A DNA stretch of 64,000 nucleotides from an uncultured Chloroflexia bacterium. Its GTDB lineage: Bacteria; Chloroflexota; Limnocylindria; Limnocylindrales; CSP1-4. Shown piece by piece: positions 1-10,799 of this stretch. Made by a program: the position numbers and the translations under genes. The first letter of the stretch is position 1. Each line of letters starts with the position of its first letter. The DNA lies in contig CAVVYR010000032.1 of the NCBI GenBank assembly GCA_963752475.1, positions 15,972-79,971 on the forward strand. Direction: 5' to 3'. Under the pieces are notes generated by a model. That model was given only the letters and a program-made list of their open reading frames with translations. It had not been told where the DNA came from and did no database searches.

Positions 1-99
1 ACAAGGCCGCGGTCGACGCCATCCGCGTCGGCACCGGTGCCACGGGCGAGGCGCTCGAGGGTCTGGAGGCGAGCTTCGGGCGCGTGGCCGGGCGGGTGC

Positions 100-110
<11 letters not shown>
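1..110 (+). pseudogene. Fragment resembling a phage tail tape-measure protein
   Basis: Frame 3 from base 3 reads KAAVDAIRVGTGATGEALEGLEASFGRVAGRVRED with GC3-rich codons. This resembles the IRVGTGATG..L..L...F..V segment I recall from phage tape-measure proteins. The plausible coding frame switches at about 100-110. Confidence 0.4.
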
Positions 111-490
<380 letters not shown>

Positions 491-762
491 ACAGAAGGAC
501 AAACACGACGAAGCACGCCGCGTGGAATGGGGATTATAGGCCACCTCGCACAAGCTTTCCCACGAGGTCGCCTCGACCGCCGTGGCTCGACCGGGATGCC
601 GCGCCGGCGGAGCCATCGGTGAAACGTAGGCGATGACGGATGCGCGCCTGCTCGAAGCCGACCGGCTACTCTGAGACGAGCGCGTCGTGCTCTGCCCCCG
701 CAGGCATGGCGAGCACAGCTCGGCGGCTTCAGGAACGGGAATCGGACCCCACGTGGGGAGGA

Positions 763-2070
763 ATGGACGAAACGATGACGCACGGCTCAACGGGCACCAC
801 GGAACGCCTCCTTGGAGGTGTCTCCTCGACGTTCCGCATCAATCCCTACACCGGCGGCTTCCTGGAGGTGGCAGATGCCCACGGTGCACGATTGCGCACC
901 AGCGACGGGCGTGAGTTCATCGACATGTTCATGGCGCACGGCAGCACCGTGCTCGGCCACGGGCACCCGGCCGTGGTGGCAGCGGTCAAGTCCGCACTCG
1001 ACGCTGGTGTGGTCATCGGCTATGAGACCGGCGAGGGAGAGGCTGTCGCCCGGCGGCTAGCCACGTTCGTGCCCACCGCCGAGGCGGTGCGCTTCGTGGC
1101 CTCAGGCAGCGAGGCCGTGACCACGGCACTGCGGGTGGCCCGCGCATACACCGGACGAGAGTTGGTCATCAAGATCGACGGCCACTACAACGGCGCCAGC
1201 GACTACGCCCTCGTGAACTCCCTGGCCGCCAACACCGATGCGCAGAACCCCGGCGGGGAGATCTCACACCGCATCCCTTCATGCGCAGGCATCCCACAGG
1301 CGACACTCGACACCGTCATCCCGGTCCCCTGGAACGACCTCGATGCACTCGACGCCGCCTTCGCGACCTACGGCGACCGCATCGCCGCGGTGTTGATGGT
1401 GCCGCTCGACTTCAACAACGGCTGCATCACGCCGAGCGAGGGGTACCTGCAGGCGGCCATCGAGCGGACCCATCAGTCCGGCGCGCTGATGGTCTTCGAT
1501 GAGGTGCTCTCCGGCCTCAAGGTGCGCGGTGGTACCGCGCAGGCGCTCTATGGCGTGACGCCGGACCTGACGACGGTCTCCAAGGCCATCAGCAGCGGCG
1601 TTCCTCTCGCGGCCGTGGTGGGCCTGCGCGAACCGATGGAGACGATCATGCGGCCGACCGAGCAGGGGGCCATCCAGGGCGGCACCTTCGCCGGCAGCGC
1701 GCTGGGATTGGCCGCCGCGACGGCGACGCTCGGACTGCTCGCCGACACGCCGGTGCATGACGAGCTGCTCGCTCGCGCGGAGCGGTTCTTCGCCCAGCTG
1801 CAGGCCGTCTTCGACCGCTCCTCGTTGCCGGCCCGTGTCCAGAGCGTGGGCAGCATGTTCACCATCTACGTCGGCACGCGGGAGCCGGTGAGGAGCTACG
1901 CCGACATGAACGCGCTCGATCGCGACCTCGCTCGTCGCTTCTTCACGCGCTGCATCGACGCGGGCATGTACTTCCACACCGACTTCTGCATCTCTGCGGC
2001 CCACGACGACGCGATCCTCGACGACGTCCTTGGGCGGATGGAGGCGATCGCCTCACAGCCCGACTGGTAG
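763..2070 (+). CDS. Class III PLP aminotransferase (glutamate-1-semialdehyde aminomutase-like)
   Basis: Motifs VRFVASGSEA, FDEVLSG, TTVSKAISSGVP (PLP Lys) and GGTFAG. Start placed at ATG 763 or 775 after GGGGAGGA. Confidence 0.85.
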   Translation: MDETMTHGSTGTTERLLGGVSSTFRINPYTGGFLEVADAHGARLRTSDGREFIDMFMAHGSTVLGHGHPAVVAAVKSALDAGVVIGYETGEGEAVARRLATFVPTAEAVRFVASGSEAVTTALRVARAYTGRELVIKIDGHYNGASDYALVNSLAANTDAQNPGGEISHRIPSCAGIPQATLDTVIPVPWNDLDALDAAFATYGDRIAAVLMVPLDFNNGCITPSEGYLQAAIERTHQSGALMVFDEVLSGLKVRGGTAQALYGVTPDLTTVSKAISSGVPLAAVVGLREPMETIMRPTEQGAIQGGTFAGSALGLAAATATLGLLADTPVHDELLARAERFFAQLQAVFDRSSLPARVQSVGSMFTIYVGTREPVRSYADMNALDRDLARRFFTRCIDAGMYFHTDFCISAAHDDAILDDVLGRMEAIASQPDW

Positions 2071-2095
2071 CACGCGTCCGGGGGCGTCGGAACGG

Positions 2096-3052
2096 TCAGT
2101 CCTGACGAGCCAGCCGCAGGCCAAGGTCGGCGGCTCCGGCGAGGACGCTCTCCTGCCCCAGGGCCGCGGGCACGACCCGGAGCGAAGCACCGTTCTCGCG
2201 CATCACGCGCTTGCGCGCGAGGGAGGCGGCGCGGCGGATGAGACGGGGCTGACCGAGCCCGATCGAGCCACCGACCACGACCACGGCCGGCTCCACCACC
2301 GAGGCCATCGCCGCGAGCGAGACCGAGAGCGCCACGGCCGCGTCGTCCACGAGCCGACGAGCGGTAGGGTCGCCCTCGCGGGCGGCGCGGAAGACCTCTT
2401 CGGGAGTCCTCGGTGCCGGCGAAGCGCCCGTCGCGGTGCGACGCGGCCAGGCTTGCTTGGCACGACGTGCGAGCGAGCTGCCGCCGGCGAATGACTCGAC
2501 GTCACCGCGTCGCCCGCAGGCACATCGTGGGCCATCAGGATCGACCTGGAGGTGGCCCACTTCGCCGGCGTTGCCATTGGCGCCGCGCACGACCTGACCG
2601 CCGACCACGATGCCACCGCCGATGCCGCTGCTGACCGTCAGGTAGCCCATGGGATCGGCACCCGCACCGGCACCGAAGTGCCATTCACCGAGGGCCGCAG
2701 TGTTGGCGTCATCTTCGAGGGCCACGGGCACATCCAACCGTTCACCGAGCATGGCCGCGATGGGCACATCGGCCCAGCCCAGGTTCGAGCTGCGCGTGAT
2801 GACGCCGTTCGACGCATCGAGCGGTCCCGGAGCTGCGACGCCGACCGCAAGGACCCGGCCCCCGCCTCGCTCGATCGACTGTCCGACCTCCCCGGCGACC
2901 CAGTCCACCAGGTCTGCGGGTCGGCCATGGCTATCGGTGCGCACGACCTCACCGTCGGGCCGCCAGCCGGATGCGAGCTCATCGACGGCGCGGACCGACA
3001 GCAGCGTCTTGGTGGCGCCGATGTCGAGGGCCACCACGAGCGCGGTACTCAT
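2096..3052 (-). CDS. ROK family sugar kinase
   Basis: Motifs ALDIGATK, LEDDANTAALGE, GIGGG and GEVGH...CACGRRGDVE (Zn motif). Start MSTALVV lies just downstream of the GH4 stop. Confidence 0.9.
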   Translation of the reverse strand: MSTALVVALDIGATKTLLSVRAVDELASGWRPDGEVVRTDSHGRPADLVDWVAGEVGQSIERGGGRVLAVGVAAPGPLDASNGVITRSSNLGWADVPIAAMLGERLDVPVALEDDANTAALGEWHFGAGAGADPMGYLTVSSGIGGGIVVGGQVVRGANGNAGEVGHLQVDPDGPRCACGRRGDVESFAGGSSLARRAKQAWPRRTATGASPAPRTPEEVFRAAREGDPTARRLVDDAAVALSVSLAAMASVVEPAVVVVGGSIGLGQPRLIRRAASLARKRVMRENGASLRVVPAALGQESVLAGAADLGLRLARQD

Positions 3053-3056
3053 GCGG

Positions 3057-4275
3057 CTACCCGGGGGAGCCCGTCTCGACCTCTTGGACGAGGGCGACGG
3101 CCTGGTCGTAGCTCGACACCATGGGGTTCGCCAGCATGGCCCGGAGCCGATCGTCGTGCGAAGCGCCAGGCTCGGTCGCCGCCGCCGCCATGGCCTCGTA
3201 GGCGGCGTGCTCTGCGAGGAGCTGTGCCGGCAGGGGCGGCAGGGGCGGTACGGGCACGGCCTCTGCCTGGCGAGGCCTGGGGAAGCGGACCGGACCTTCC
3301 GTGATGACCGCATCCGGCAGCCCGGGGATGCGTCCGTCGTTGCGCATGCCCAGGAGCAGCACATCGTCGGACCCGTTGGACCAGGCATCGACGAGCGGCA
3401 GCACGGCCTTGCGGTACCACACGGCCCCCCGGCTAGGGCAGGTCCACCTGTCCGTCAGCGTAGCCCTGCAGCAACTCCGCTTCCAGCCGCTGGAGCTGCT
3501 GCGCTCTCGTTTCGCTCGCGGCCTGCTGGGTGGTGAGGATGCGATCGGGGTTCAGGTAGTAGCGCACGTATGGCGCCCCCACCGCACCCTGCATTCGGAC
3601 CGCGTCGGGGTCCTGGCCGGTGACGAGGTCCAACGTCGCCTCCAGAGCCTCGTCATCGGCGGGAGTCCACCAACCCATGTGGTTCATACCCTGATAGCGC
3701 AGACGCACGTCGGCCGGCGAGATCCCCAGCCGCTCCGCGATGGCGTCGCAGAAGACCAGCGGTGAGTCGCAGACGGAGTAGACGGGGGCGCCGTAGGCCT
3801 CCTGCAGGGCTGCGACCACGATGCCCGACGGGTTGGTCAGGTTGATATGCAGTGCGTCGGGCGCGACCTCCCGCACGGTCTCCCAGTAGCGACGCACGAC
3901 CGGCACCGTTCGCAGCGCGTTGGCCAGGCCACCGGGACCCATGGTCTCCTCGCCCGGGCAGTCGTGTCGCTGCGGGTACGACTCATCGAACACGCGCGCG
4001 GCGAGACCGCCGATGCGCACCGCGTTGAGGACCACCTCCGCCCCCTCGAGGGCAGCCGCCAGATCGGTCTCGGTCCGCACCTCCACCGAAGTCCCCTCGA
4101 GTCCGGCAGCACGGCGCCGCATCTCGGCGGCGACGAGTTCGAGACGCTCGGGCGAACGGCCGTGCAGGATCAACTCCAGCGGGGGTCGGCGATCCTCGCC
4201 GCCCGGCCAGTCGGCGAGCGCATCGGCCAGCTCGGGTGTGGCGGAGGCCGATCCGCCCAGGATCACGAAGCGCAT
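3057..4275 (-). CDS. Family 4 glycoside hydrolase (6-phospho-glycosidase-like), split by one extra base at about 3435-3438
   Basis: N-part (3433-4275) has the ILGGSAS Rossmann fold, GEETMGPGG, NLTNP, VCD and GMNH. The C-part (3057-3422) WY...MRNDGRIPGLPDAVITEGPV...AMLANPMV continues after skipping one base (CTG CCC T AGC CGG). Confidence 0.85.
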
Positions 4276-4278
4276 GGT

Positions 4279-5433
4279 TCAGCCCTCGGCGTAGAAGTCG
4301 TTGATGGCGGCCGCGACGCGATCGACCTCGCCATCGGTCAGCTCAGCGAACATCGGCAGGCAGAGCACGCGTCCGTAGAGCGACCGTGCCACGGCCATGT
4401 CATCGGCGGCCCGCCACGGCTGTTCCTGGTAGGCCCCCTGGTCGGGCACCGCCTTGGGATACATGATCTGGGTGCGCACGCCACGACCCTCGAGGTAGGC
4501 CATGAGCTCTTCGCGCCGCGGGGCCAGCACCGTGTACTGGTAGTAGGCGTGTCGACCGGTGGCATCACGCACGGGCAGCTGCAGCGGCGTGTCCGCGAGC
4601 AGCTCGTCGTAGCGAGCGGCCACCCGCCGGCGTCCGGCGAGCTGGTCCTCCATCCCGCGCAGCTTGATGCGCAGGAACGCGGCCTGCATCTCATCGAGCC
4701 GTTCCTGGAACCCGAGGATGAGGTGCTCGTGCTTGGTGCCGGCCTGGCCCATGTAGCGCAGCTGGCGCACTCGTGCGGCGAGGTCATCGTCCGAGGTCGT
4801 GATGAAGCCGCCGTCGCCGAGGGCCCCGAGGAGCTTGGCCGGGTAGAAGCTGAAGGCCGCGATGTCGCCCAGGCTCCCGGCCTTGCGATCTCCGAGGGTG
4901 GCACCGTGCGCATGGGCCGCATCCTCGAGGATGGGCACGCCCGGCGCTGCCTCGCGCACGGCATCGACGTCGACGCAGCCACCGTACATGTGGACCGGCA
5001 CGATGGCCTTGGTGCGGTCGCTCAGCGCACCCTTCACGCGCGCGGGGTCCATGTTGTAGGTCAGCGGGTCGACGTCCACGAAGACGGGCGTGGCACCGGT
5101 GTAGCTGATGGCGAAGACCGTGGCGATGTAGGTGTTGGGTACGGTGATGACCTCGTCGCCAGGACCGACGCCCAGCGCGCGCAGCGCGAGGTGGAGCGCG
5201 GCAGTGCCGCTACTGATGCCGACGCCGTGGCTGCTGTCGCTGTAGGCCGCGAACTCCTCCTCGAAGGCCGCCAGGTGCTTGCCCAGCGTGTACTTGCCCA
5301 CGGGCAGGCAATCCTCGAAGGCCGCGCGCAGCTCGTCGGCGATAGCGGCGTGCCAACGCGTCAGGTTCTCGGGCGGGATGACCGGCAGGTCGACATCCGC
5401 GTCGGCTTCGGTGGGCGTGGCTGGCGTGGTCAT
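4279..5433 (-). CDS. DegT/DnrJ/EryC1/StrS family sugar aminotransferase
   Basis: Motifs SSGTAALHLAL, EDAAHAHGA, FSFYPAKLLGALGDGG, RLDEMQAA and LCLPM. AGGAGG RBS before ATG 5433. Confidence 0.92.
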   Translation of the reverse strand: MTTPATPTEADADVDLPVIPPENLTRWHAAIADELRAAFEDCLPVGKYTLGKHLAAFEEEFAAYSDSSHGVGISSGTAALHLALRALGVGPGDEVITVPNTYIATVFAISYTGATPVFVDVDPLTYNMDPARVKGALSDRTKAIVPVHMYGGCVDVDAVREAAPGVPILEDAAHAHGATLGDRKAGSLGDIAAFSFYPAKLLGALGDGGFITTSDDDLAARVRQLRYMGQAGTKHEHLILGFQERLDEMQAAFLRIKLRGMEDQLAGRRRVAARYDELLADTPLQLPVRDATGRHAYYQYTVLAPRREELMAYLEGRGVRTQIMYPKAVPDQGAYQEQPWRAADDMAVARSLYGRVLCLPMFAELTDGEVDRVAAAINDFYAEG

Positions 5434-5479
5434 CGGTGTCCTCCTGCTGGGAACGGCGGGTGAGGGTGAGGTCGGTCGG

Positions 5480-6499
5480 TCATGGGAGGGTGTCGAGCAG
5501 TGCCGCGACACGATCGGCATCGATGGTCGTCTCGTCGACGATGGAGTGCGGCAGGCCGGCGGCTCTGACGAAGCGCGGCAGGTCCAGCAACACGGCTTCG
5601 AGGGTGGCGTGGTCGAGACCCAGCTGCCCGGGACGCCACTCCACCCCACAGCGGTCGAGGAAGGCGGCGGCACGCGCCTGGTCATGGTCCTGCAGGCCGG
5701 ACATCAAGACGGTCCCCAGGCCGATGAGCTCCCCGTGCACGAACGATCGGCCCGTGTGGGCCTCGGCGGCGTAGCCGAAGTAGTGCTCCGAGCCCTCCTC
5801 CGGTCCGCTGTGGCCGACGGTCAGCAGTAGCGCGTTGACCTCGACGTAGGCGCGGATGATGAACTCGAGGGCTCCGTGCGTGACAGCCGCGACGGCATCG
5901 GCCTGGTCATAGAGCCGTTCGAGGACCGCGGCGGCGGCGGCATCGACCTCGTCATCGAAGTCGATCTTGCCCGACTTGGCGCCCAGGGCCCAGTCGAAGC
6001 GGCCGGTCTGGATCGATAGCAGGTCTCCCACACCGGCTCGGTTGAGCCGTGGGGGTGCGGTGGCGATGAGCTCGAGGTCCGCGATGATGGGATCGGCCAC
6101 GACGAAGCCGTCGTACTCCACGGTGCCCTTGCGCCTGACGGCCACGGTGTTGGTGACCGACGCATCGACGCTGATGATACTGGGGGCGAGGACGAGTGGC
6201 GTCTCGCTCCGCCAGGCCAGGTACTTGGCCGTGTCCATGACCACACCACCCCCCAGACCGACGATGTGGTCCACCGTGGCAAGGTCCGCGACCAGGCGCT
6301 CCAGGTCTGCTTCGTCGAGCGAACTGTTGAGGATCGTGGTAGCGGCGCCATCGGTGACGGAGGCCGGCACGTTGGCCAGCGGTTCCGCCTGTGTCACCAG
6401 CGCGTATGACCCGCCAAGAGCTGCGATCTGAGGGGCGAGGTTCCCGCGACCCACGCGCAGGTCCGGCCGCTTGGCACGTTCGAGCAGTTCCTGATCCAT
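5480..6499 (-). CDS. Fe-ADH superfamily polyol dehydrogenase (glycerol-1-phosphate dehydrogenase/AraM-like)
   Basis: Motifs GLGGGVVMDTAKY, PSIISVDA, GVGDLLS, GSEH and HGELIGLG. Confidence 0.8.
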   Translation of the reverse strand: MDQELLERAKRPDLRVGRGNLAPQIAALGGSYALVTQAEPLANVPASVTDGAATTILNSSLDEADLERLVADLATVDHIVGLGGGVVMDTAKYLAWRSETPLVLAPSIISVDASVTNTVAVRRKGTVEYDGFVVADPIIADLELIATAPPRLNRAGVGDLLSIQTGRFDWALGAKSGKIDFDDEVDAAAAAVLERLYDQADAVAAVTHGALEFIIRAYVEVNALLLTVGHSGPEEGSEHYFGYAAEAHTGRSFVHGELIGLGTVLMSGLQDHDQARAAAFLDRCGVEWRPGQLGLDHATLEAVLLDLPRFVRAAGLPHSIVDETTIDADRVAALLDTLP

Positions 6500-6511
6500 G
6501 CCTGCAGGATA
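6500..6511 (-). promoter_or_regulatory. -10 element of a probable leaderless transcript (TATCCT-N6-ATG)
   Basis: TATCCT lies 6 nt upstream of ATG 6499, with no SD. Confidence 0.55.
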
Positions 6512-6583
6512 CCAGTCCGGTCACCAGACACGCACATCTCAGTCACGAATTGTCCCTATTGTGCGCGAACTGAGCACGAATGA

Positions 6584-6618
6584 TTGACACTTCGATACTA
6601 GCGGGGCACAATCGAGGC
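6584..6618 (+). promoter_or_regulatory. Sigma70-type promoter TTGACA-N17-CACAAT, probable leaderless deoR mRNA
   Basis: TTGACA at 6584-6589, 17-nt spacer, CACAAT at 6607-6612, ATG 6 nt later. CACGAAT is repeated at 6544 and 6575 and may be a DeoR site. Confidence 0.7.
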
Positions 6619-7383
6619 ATGGCAGCGACGGCTCGCGACGAGGTGGTCATGGACACGCTACGGACGTCCGGAACCGTCAGCGTGACCGACCTCGCGGCCT
6701 CCCTGGACGTGACGGAGGCCACCGTGCGACGCACCCTCCAGCGGCTCGCCCGCGACGGGAGGGTCATCCGCACCTACGGTGGTGCGACCGTCGCGCATGC
6801 CGGCACGGTGCCGGCCTCGGAGCGCGATGATCCCGAGATCGAGTACAAGCGGGCCGTCGGCGCGGCCGCTGCCGGGCTGGTCGAGGACGGCTCCACCATC
6901 GCGCTCTCCAGCGGCACCACCGTGCTGGAGATGGCTCGGCGCTTGCGCGGACGGGACCTGACCGTCATCACCAACGCGCTCGATGTGGCCAACGCGCTCC
7001 TGGACGCGCCCGGGGTGGAGCTCATCGTCGTGGGTGGCGTGGTGCTCGGCGGCGTGCACAGCATGCGCGGCCACCTCACCGAGGAGGCACTGCGCGACCT
7101 GCGCGCGGACACCGTCTTCATGGGCGTCTCGGCCATCGATCTCGACACCGGCTTCATGACGGAGCAGGTGCGGGAGATCGCCGTGGACCGAGCCTTGCGC
7201 GAGATCGCGCGCGAGGCCGTCATCCTCGCCGATGCCAGCAAGTTCCACCGCGTCGCGCCCGGCTTCATGTTCGGGTTCAGCAAGGTGCGCACCGTCGTCA
7301 CCGACGAGCGCGTCGACGAAGCGACCCGCGAAGCCTTGGAGGGTCGCGCGGTGCGTACGGTCGTCGGCGTCGACGAGCGGTAG
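6619..7383 (+). CDS. DeoR/GlpR family transcriptional regulator
   Basis: HTH VSVTDLAASLDVTEATVRRTL..L, RTYGGA, SSGTT, ITNALDVA and LADASKF. Confidence 0.93.
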   Translation: MAATARDEVVMDTLRTSGTVSVTDLAASLDVTEATVRRTLQRLARDGRVIRTYGGATVAHAGTVPASERDDPEIEYKRAVGAAAAGLVEDGSTIALSSGTTVLEMARRLRGRDLTVITNALDVANALLDAPGVELIVVGGVVLGGVHSMRGHLTEEALRDLRADTVFMGVSAIDLDTGFMTEQVREIAVDRALREIAREAVILADASKFHRVAPGFMFGFSKVRTVVTDERVDEATREALEGRAVRTVVGVDER

Positions 7384-7573
7384 CCGGCCAGATCATGCGC
7401 GTAGCCAGCGACGACGGAGCCTGCCATCCCCAAGGTCCTGGGCGCAGCCGCTGCCCAAGAGGGCCGGTGATCGATCAAGAAGTGAGGCGGAGGCCTCGAC
7501 GGAGCACGGAGGTGAGTTGACTGGACGACGCAGGACGAACGCATCCATCAGGCGAAGAGGAGGTTCCACACAC

Positions 7574-8932
7574 ATGGACAAGCGATCGATGAAGGTGACC
7601 GCCGGAGCGGCCACGATGGCTCTCGCAGTATCGACGATGTCGGTCGGCGCGGCCACAGCGCAGGATTTCGATTGGCGCGCCCACGAGGGCGAGTCGGTCG
7701 TGTTCCTCGCGAACCAGCATCCCTGGACTGACGGCATGACGTCGCTCCTGGACCAGTTCACGGCCGACACGGGCATCGAAGTCGACGTACAGGCCTTCTC
7801 GGAGAGCCTCTACTTCGACAAGATGGAGCAGACCGTCCGCGCCGCCGAGGGCGAAGCCGACGTCTACTTCCTGCCCATGGATTCCACGGCCTTCACGCAG
7901 TACAGCGCCGACGCGGTCGAGCCGCTGTCACCGTACCTGGACGACCCCAGCAAGACGTCCCCGGACTACGACTTCGCGGACTTCCCCGATGGCTTCCTGG
8001 GTGGCGTGATGTATCCGCCCGGCGCCGAGGATGCGGAGGCCTACGGCATCCCCATCGCCTTCGAGGCCTACACGCTCTTCTACAACCAGGACCACGTCGA
8101 CAAGTACCTCGACGGTGTGGTGCCTACCACCATGGACGAGCTCATCGCGGCCGCGGCTACGGTCAACGAGGCCGGCGCAGCGGACGGCGTGGCTGGCGCC
8201 GTGATGCGCGGTATCCGGTCCGACACCATCATGGACACGCTCACCGGTGTCGTGCTCAACGCCGTCGGTGACATGGAGTCCCCGACCCCGTACAACATCT
8301 GGTTCGATGGCTCGTGGGACAACCCGCGACTCGACGATCCGGCCGTGTGCAAGGGTCTGGCCGACTACGCCGACATGCTGGCTGCCGGCCCGGCCAACAA
8401 GTTCGCCATCGACTGGCCGGACGCCAACACGCTGTTCCAGCAGGGTCGCGCCGCGTTCTTCATCGATGCCAGCCTCTTCGGTCCCGGCTATGAGGACCCT
8501 GAGATGTCCATCGTCGCCGGCAAGACCGGCTACATGGCGCTGCCTCCGCAGGAGGCCAGTGGCAACTCGCAGACCGGTCACTGGCTGTGGGGCTTGGGCA
8601 TCCCCAAGAACGCTGCCAACAAGGACGCTGCCTGGTACTTCTTGCAGTACATGACCAACCCCGCCAACACCGCGGAGATCGGCCAGTTCACCGGTGGCGC
8701 TCCGCGCCTGTCGGCCTATGAGGACGCCGGCTACGTGGACTCGCTGGTGCCGGAGTACGCCGCGACCGTGAACGATGCGATGTCCGACTCGCGCACGACC
8801 GTGGTCCTCAAGGAGGGCTGGAAGGACGGCGCGCTGGCCATCGTCGACACCATGCTGGCGATCGCCGACGGCGAGGACCCCGAGGCCGCCTGCGCGGCCG
8901 GCAACGAGGCACTGCTCGCCGCCGTCAACTAG
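7574..8932 (+). CDS. Sugar ABC transporter substrate-binding protein (CUT1)
   Basis: Signal peptide ending ATA-Q, YGIPIAFE..TLFYN, P.TMDEL, FQQGRAAF and WGLGIPKNA.NKDAAW. GAGGAGG RBS. Confidence 0.9.
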   Translation: MDKRSMKVTAGAATMALAVSTMSVGAATAQDFDWRAHEGESVVFLANQHPWTDGMTSLLDQFTADTGIEVDVQAFSESLYFDKMEQTVRAAEGEADVYFLPMDSTAFTQYSADAVEPLSPYLDDPSKTSPDYDFADFPDGFLGGVMYPPGAEDAEAYGIPIAFEAYTLFYNQDHVDKYLDGVVPTTMDELIAAAATVNEAGAADGVAGAVMRGIRSDTIMDTLTGVVLNAVGDMESPTPYNIWFDGSWDNPRLDDPAVCKGLADYADMLAAGPANKFAIDWPDANTLFQQGRAAFFIDASLFGPGYEDPEMSIVAGKTGYMALPPQEASGNSQTGHWLWGLGIPKNAANKDAAWYFLQYMTNPANTAEIGQFTGGAPRLSAYEDAGYVDSLVPEYAATVNDAMSDSRTTVVLKEGWKDGALAIVDTMLAIADGEDPEAACAAGNEALLAAVN

Positions 8933-8986
8933 CTTCAGACGAGAACAGTCGTCCGCTCGCCGGCCTGAGTCGGTGAACGGCCTGAG

Positions 8987-9017
8987 CGCTCTGTCCGGGC
9001 CCAGCCCGGACAGAGCG
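8987..9017. terminator. Perfect 14-bp intercistronic stem-loop after the SBP gene
   Basis: CGCTCTGTCCGGGC-CCA-GCCCGGACAGAGCG with no U-tract. Likely stabilises or attenuates the mRNA. Confidence 0.6.
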
Positions 9018-9072
9018 TCATCCATGAAGGGGACCGCAAGCTGTCCACGCTAGCCACCGGGAACGCCATTCG

Positions 9073-9954
9073 ATGAACCGCGATCGATCGGGAGCGCGCG
9101 CTGATCGCGGGACGCGATTCCTCATCCCGCTGGTGGTGGTGCTGGGCCTGACCTCGCTGTACCCCACGTTGTACTCGCTCTACATGAGCGCGTTCGACTG
9201 GAACTGGGGTCAACGCTTCAACTTCGTCGGCATCGACAACTACATCGAACTCCTCACCAGCGAGCGCTTCCAGATCTCGCTCTGGAACACCTTCGTCTTC
9301 ACCTTCGGGGCGGTCGCGGTGGAGCTGGTCCTGGGCATCGGGCTGGCGCTCGTGGTCAATCGCCTGGGCCGCGGTGCCGCCGTCGTACGCACGCTGCTGC
9401 TGGTGCCGCTGATGGTCTCGGGCATCATCGTCGCGCTCATCTGGAAGATCATCCTCGATCCGACCATCGGCCCCGTGAACCTGGTGATCCGACAACTGGG
9501 TATCCCGCCACTGGGCTTCCTGGGCGACCCGGCGATGGGCATGGCTTCGATCATCCTCATCGACACGTGGTGGCAGACCGCCTTCGTCTTCATCGTCTTC
9601 TCCGCCGGGTTGCAGGCCCTCCCGCGCGAACCGCTGGAGGCGGCCGAAGTGGACGGGGCCGGGTTCTGGGCTCGTCTGCGCTACGTGATCCTGCCCATGC
9701 TGAAGCCGATCATCCTGGTCATCCTGCTGTTCCGCACGATCGACTGCATGAAGGTGTTCGCCCTCATCTTCGGCACTACCGGCGGAGGTCCGTTGACCAC
9801 CACCGAGTCGGTGCAGGTGCTGGCCTACCGCATCGCCTTCAAACAGCAAGGCATGAGCCTGTCCATGACCGCCATGGTCATCTTCGCGGTCGTGGTCCTG
9901 ACGTTGGTCATGGTCATCCGCCGCGCGAGCCGTGAGCAGCAGGCGCTCGGATGA
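9073..9954 (+). CDS. Sugar ABC transporter permease (MalF-like)
   Basis: FVGIDNY, EAA loop EAAEVDGA and TM helices. Confidence 0.93.
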   Translation: MNRDRSGARADRGTRFLIPLVVVLGLTSLYPTLYSLYMSAFDWNWGQRFNFVGIDNYIELLTSERFQISLWNTFVFTFGAVAVELVLGIGLALVVNRLGRGAAVVRTLLLVPLMVSGIIVALIWKIILDPTIGPVNLVIRQLGIPPLGFLGDPAMGMASIILIDTWWQTAFVFIVFSAGLQALPREPLEAAEVDGAGFWARLRYVILPMLKPIILVILLFRTIDCMKVFALIFGTTGGGPLTTTESVQVLAYRIAFKQQGMSLSMTAMVIFAVVVLTLVMVIRRASREQQALG

Positions 9955-10799
9955 GCAACTCGAACCGCTTGACGCGCGCGACCCGCCGGCGACTGGAGCT
10001 CTCCGGGGCCTGGATCGTAGCTATCGGCGCCATCGGCCTCACGCTCTTCCCGCTGTACTGGCTCTTCCTCATCTCGACCAAGAAGCCGGTCGACGCCTTC
10101 AAGACGCCGCCAGACCTCATCTACATCCCCGACTTCAGCAAATACGCCGAGATCTGGCAGCAGGGCGACTTCGCTGCGGCCTTCTTCAACAGCGTCATCG
10201 TGGTGGGGGTCGGCGTCGTGCTGGCGCTCGTCATCGCGGCGCCGGCGGCCTATGCCATCGTGCGCTTCAGGATCCGGGCCGGCCGCTGGCTGGCGCTGTG
10301 GCTGCTGCTGGCCTACGCCCTGCCGGAGTTCCTCTTCGTCATCCCCATGTACGTGCTGTACCAGCAGATCGGACTCTTCGACACGCAGATCGGCCTGGCC
10401 CTCATCTACCAGGTCTTCGCGGTGCCCTTCGCCGTCTGGCTCATCCAGGCCTTCTTCAGCGAGGTCCCACACGACCTGGGCGACGCCGCACGCGTGGACG
10501 GTTGTACCGAGCTGCAGTCGCTGTTGCGGGTGTACCTGCCGTTGGCCGCGCCGGGCATCGCGGCCACGGGCATCCTCGTGGGCATCGTGATGTGGAACGA
10601 GGTCACCATCGCGCTGTCCCTCACGTTCGATGAATCGAGGACCGTGACCATCGCCGTCGCCGGCTACCGCGGGTACGCCGCCATGCGCTGGCAGGAGATG
10701 GCCGCCGCCTCGATGACCGCCATCGTCCCCATGCTCTTCTTCGCCCTCGTGGCACAGCGCTATCTCGTCAAGGGCCTCACATTCGGAGCAGTGAAATGA
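9951..10799 (+). CDS. Sugar ABC transporter permease (MalG-like)
   Basis: DAARVDGC loop, WNE and GLTFGAVK C-terminus. ATGA overlap with the upstream gene. Confidence 0.93.
   Translation: MSNSNRLTRATRRRLELSGAWIVAIGAIGLTLFPLYWLFLISTKKPVDAFKTPPDLIYIPDFSKYAEIWQQGDFAAAFFNSVIVVGVGVVLALVIAAPAAYAIVRFRIRAGRWLALWLLLAYALPEFLFVIPMYVLYQQIGLFDTQIGLALIYQVFAVPFAVWLIQAFFSEVPHDLGDAARVDGCTELQSLLRVYLPLAAPGIAATGILVGIVMWNEVTIALSLTFDESRTVTIAVAGYRGYAAMRWQEMAAASMTAIVPMLFFALVAQRYLVKGLTFGAVK

Noticed and set aside
763-2070. hemL (true GSA aminomutase)
   Set aside because: It has HYNG instead of the usual YHG, is divergent overall, and lies in a sugar locus with no hem genes, so no symbol was assigned.
3433-3435. Pyrrolysine or stop-codon readthrough at the GH4 TAG
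   Set aside because: The downstream GH4 sequence is in a different frame, so readthrough would not restore it.
7574-10799. Defective ABC transporter lacking an ATPase
   Set aside because: CUT1 systems commonly share a MsiK/MalK-type ATPase encoded elsewhere, so this is not unusual.
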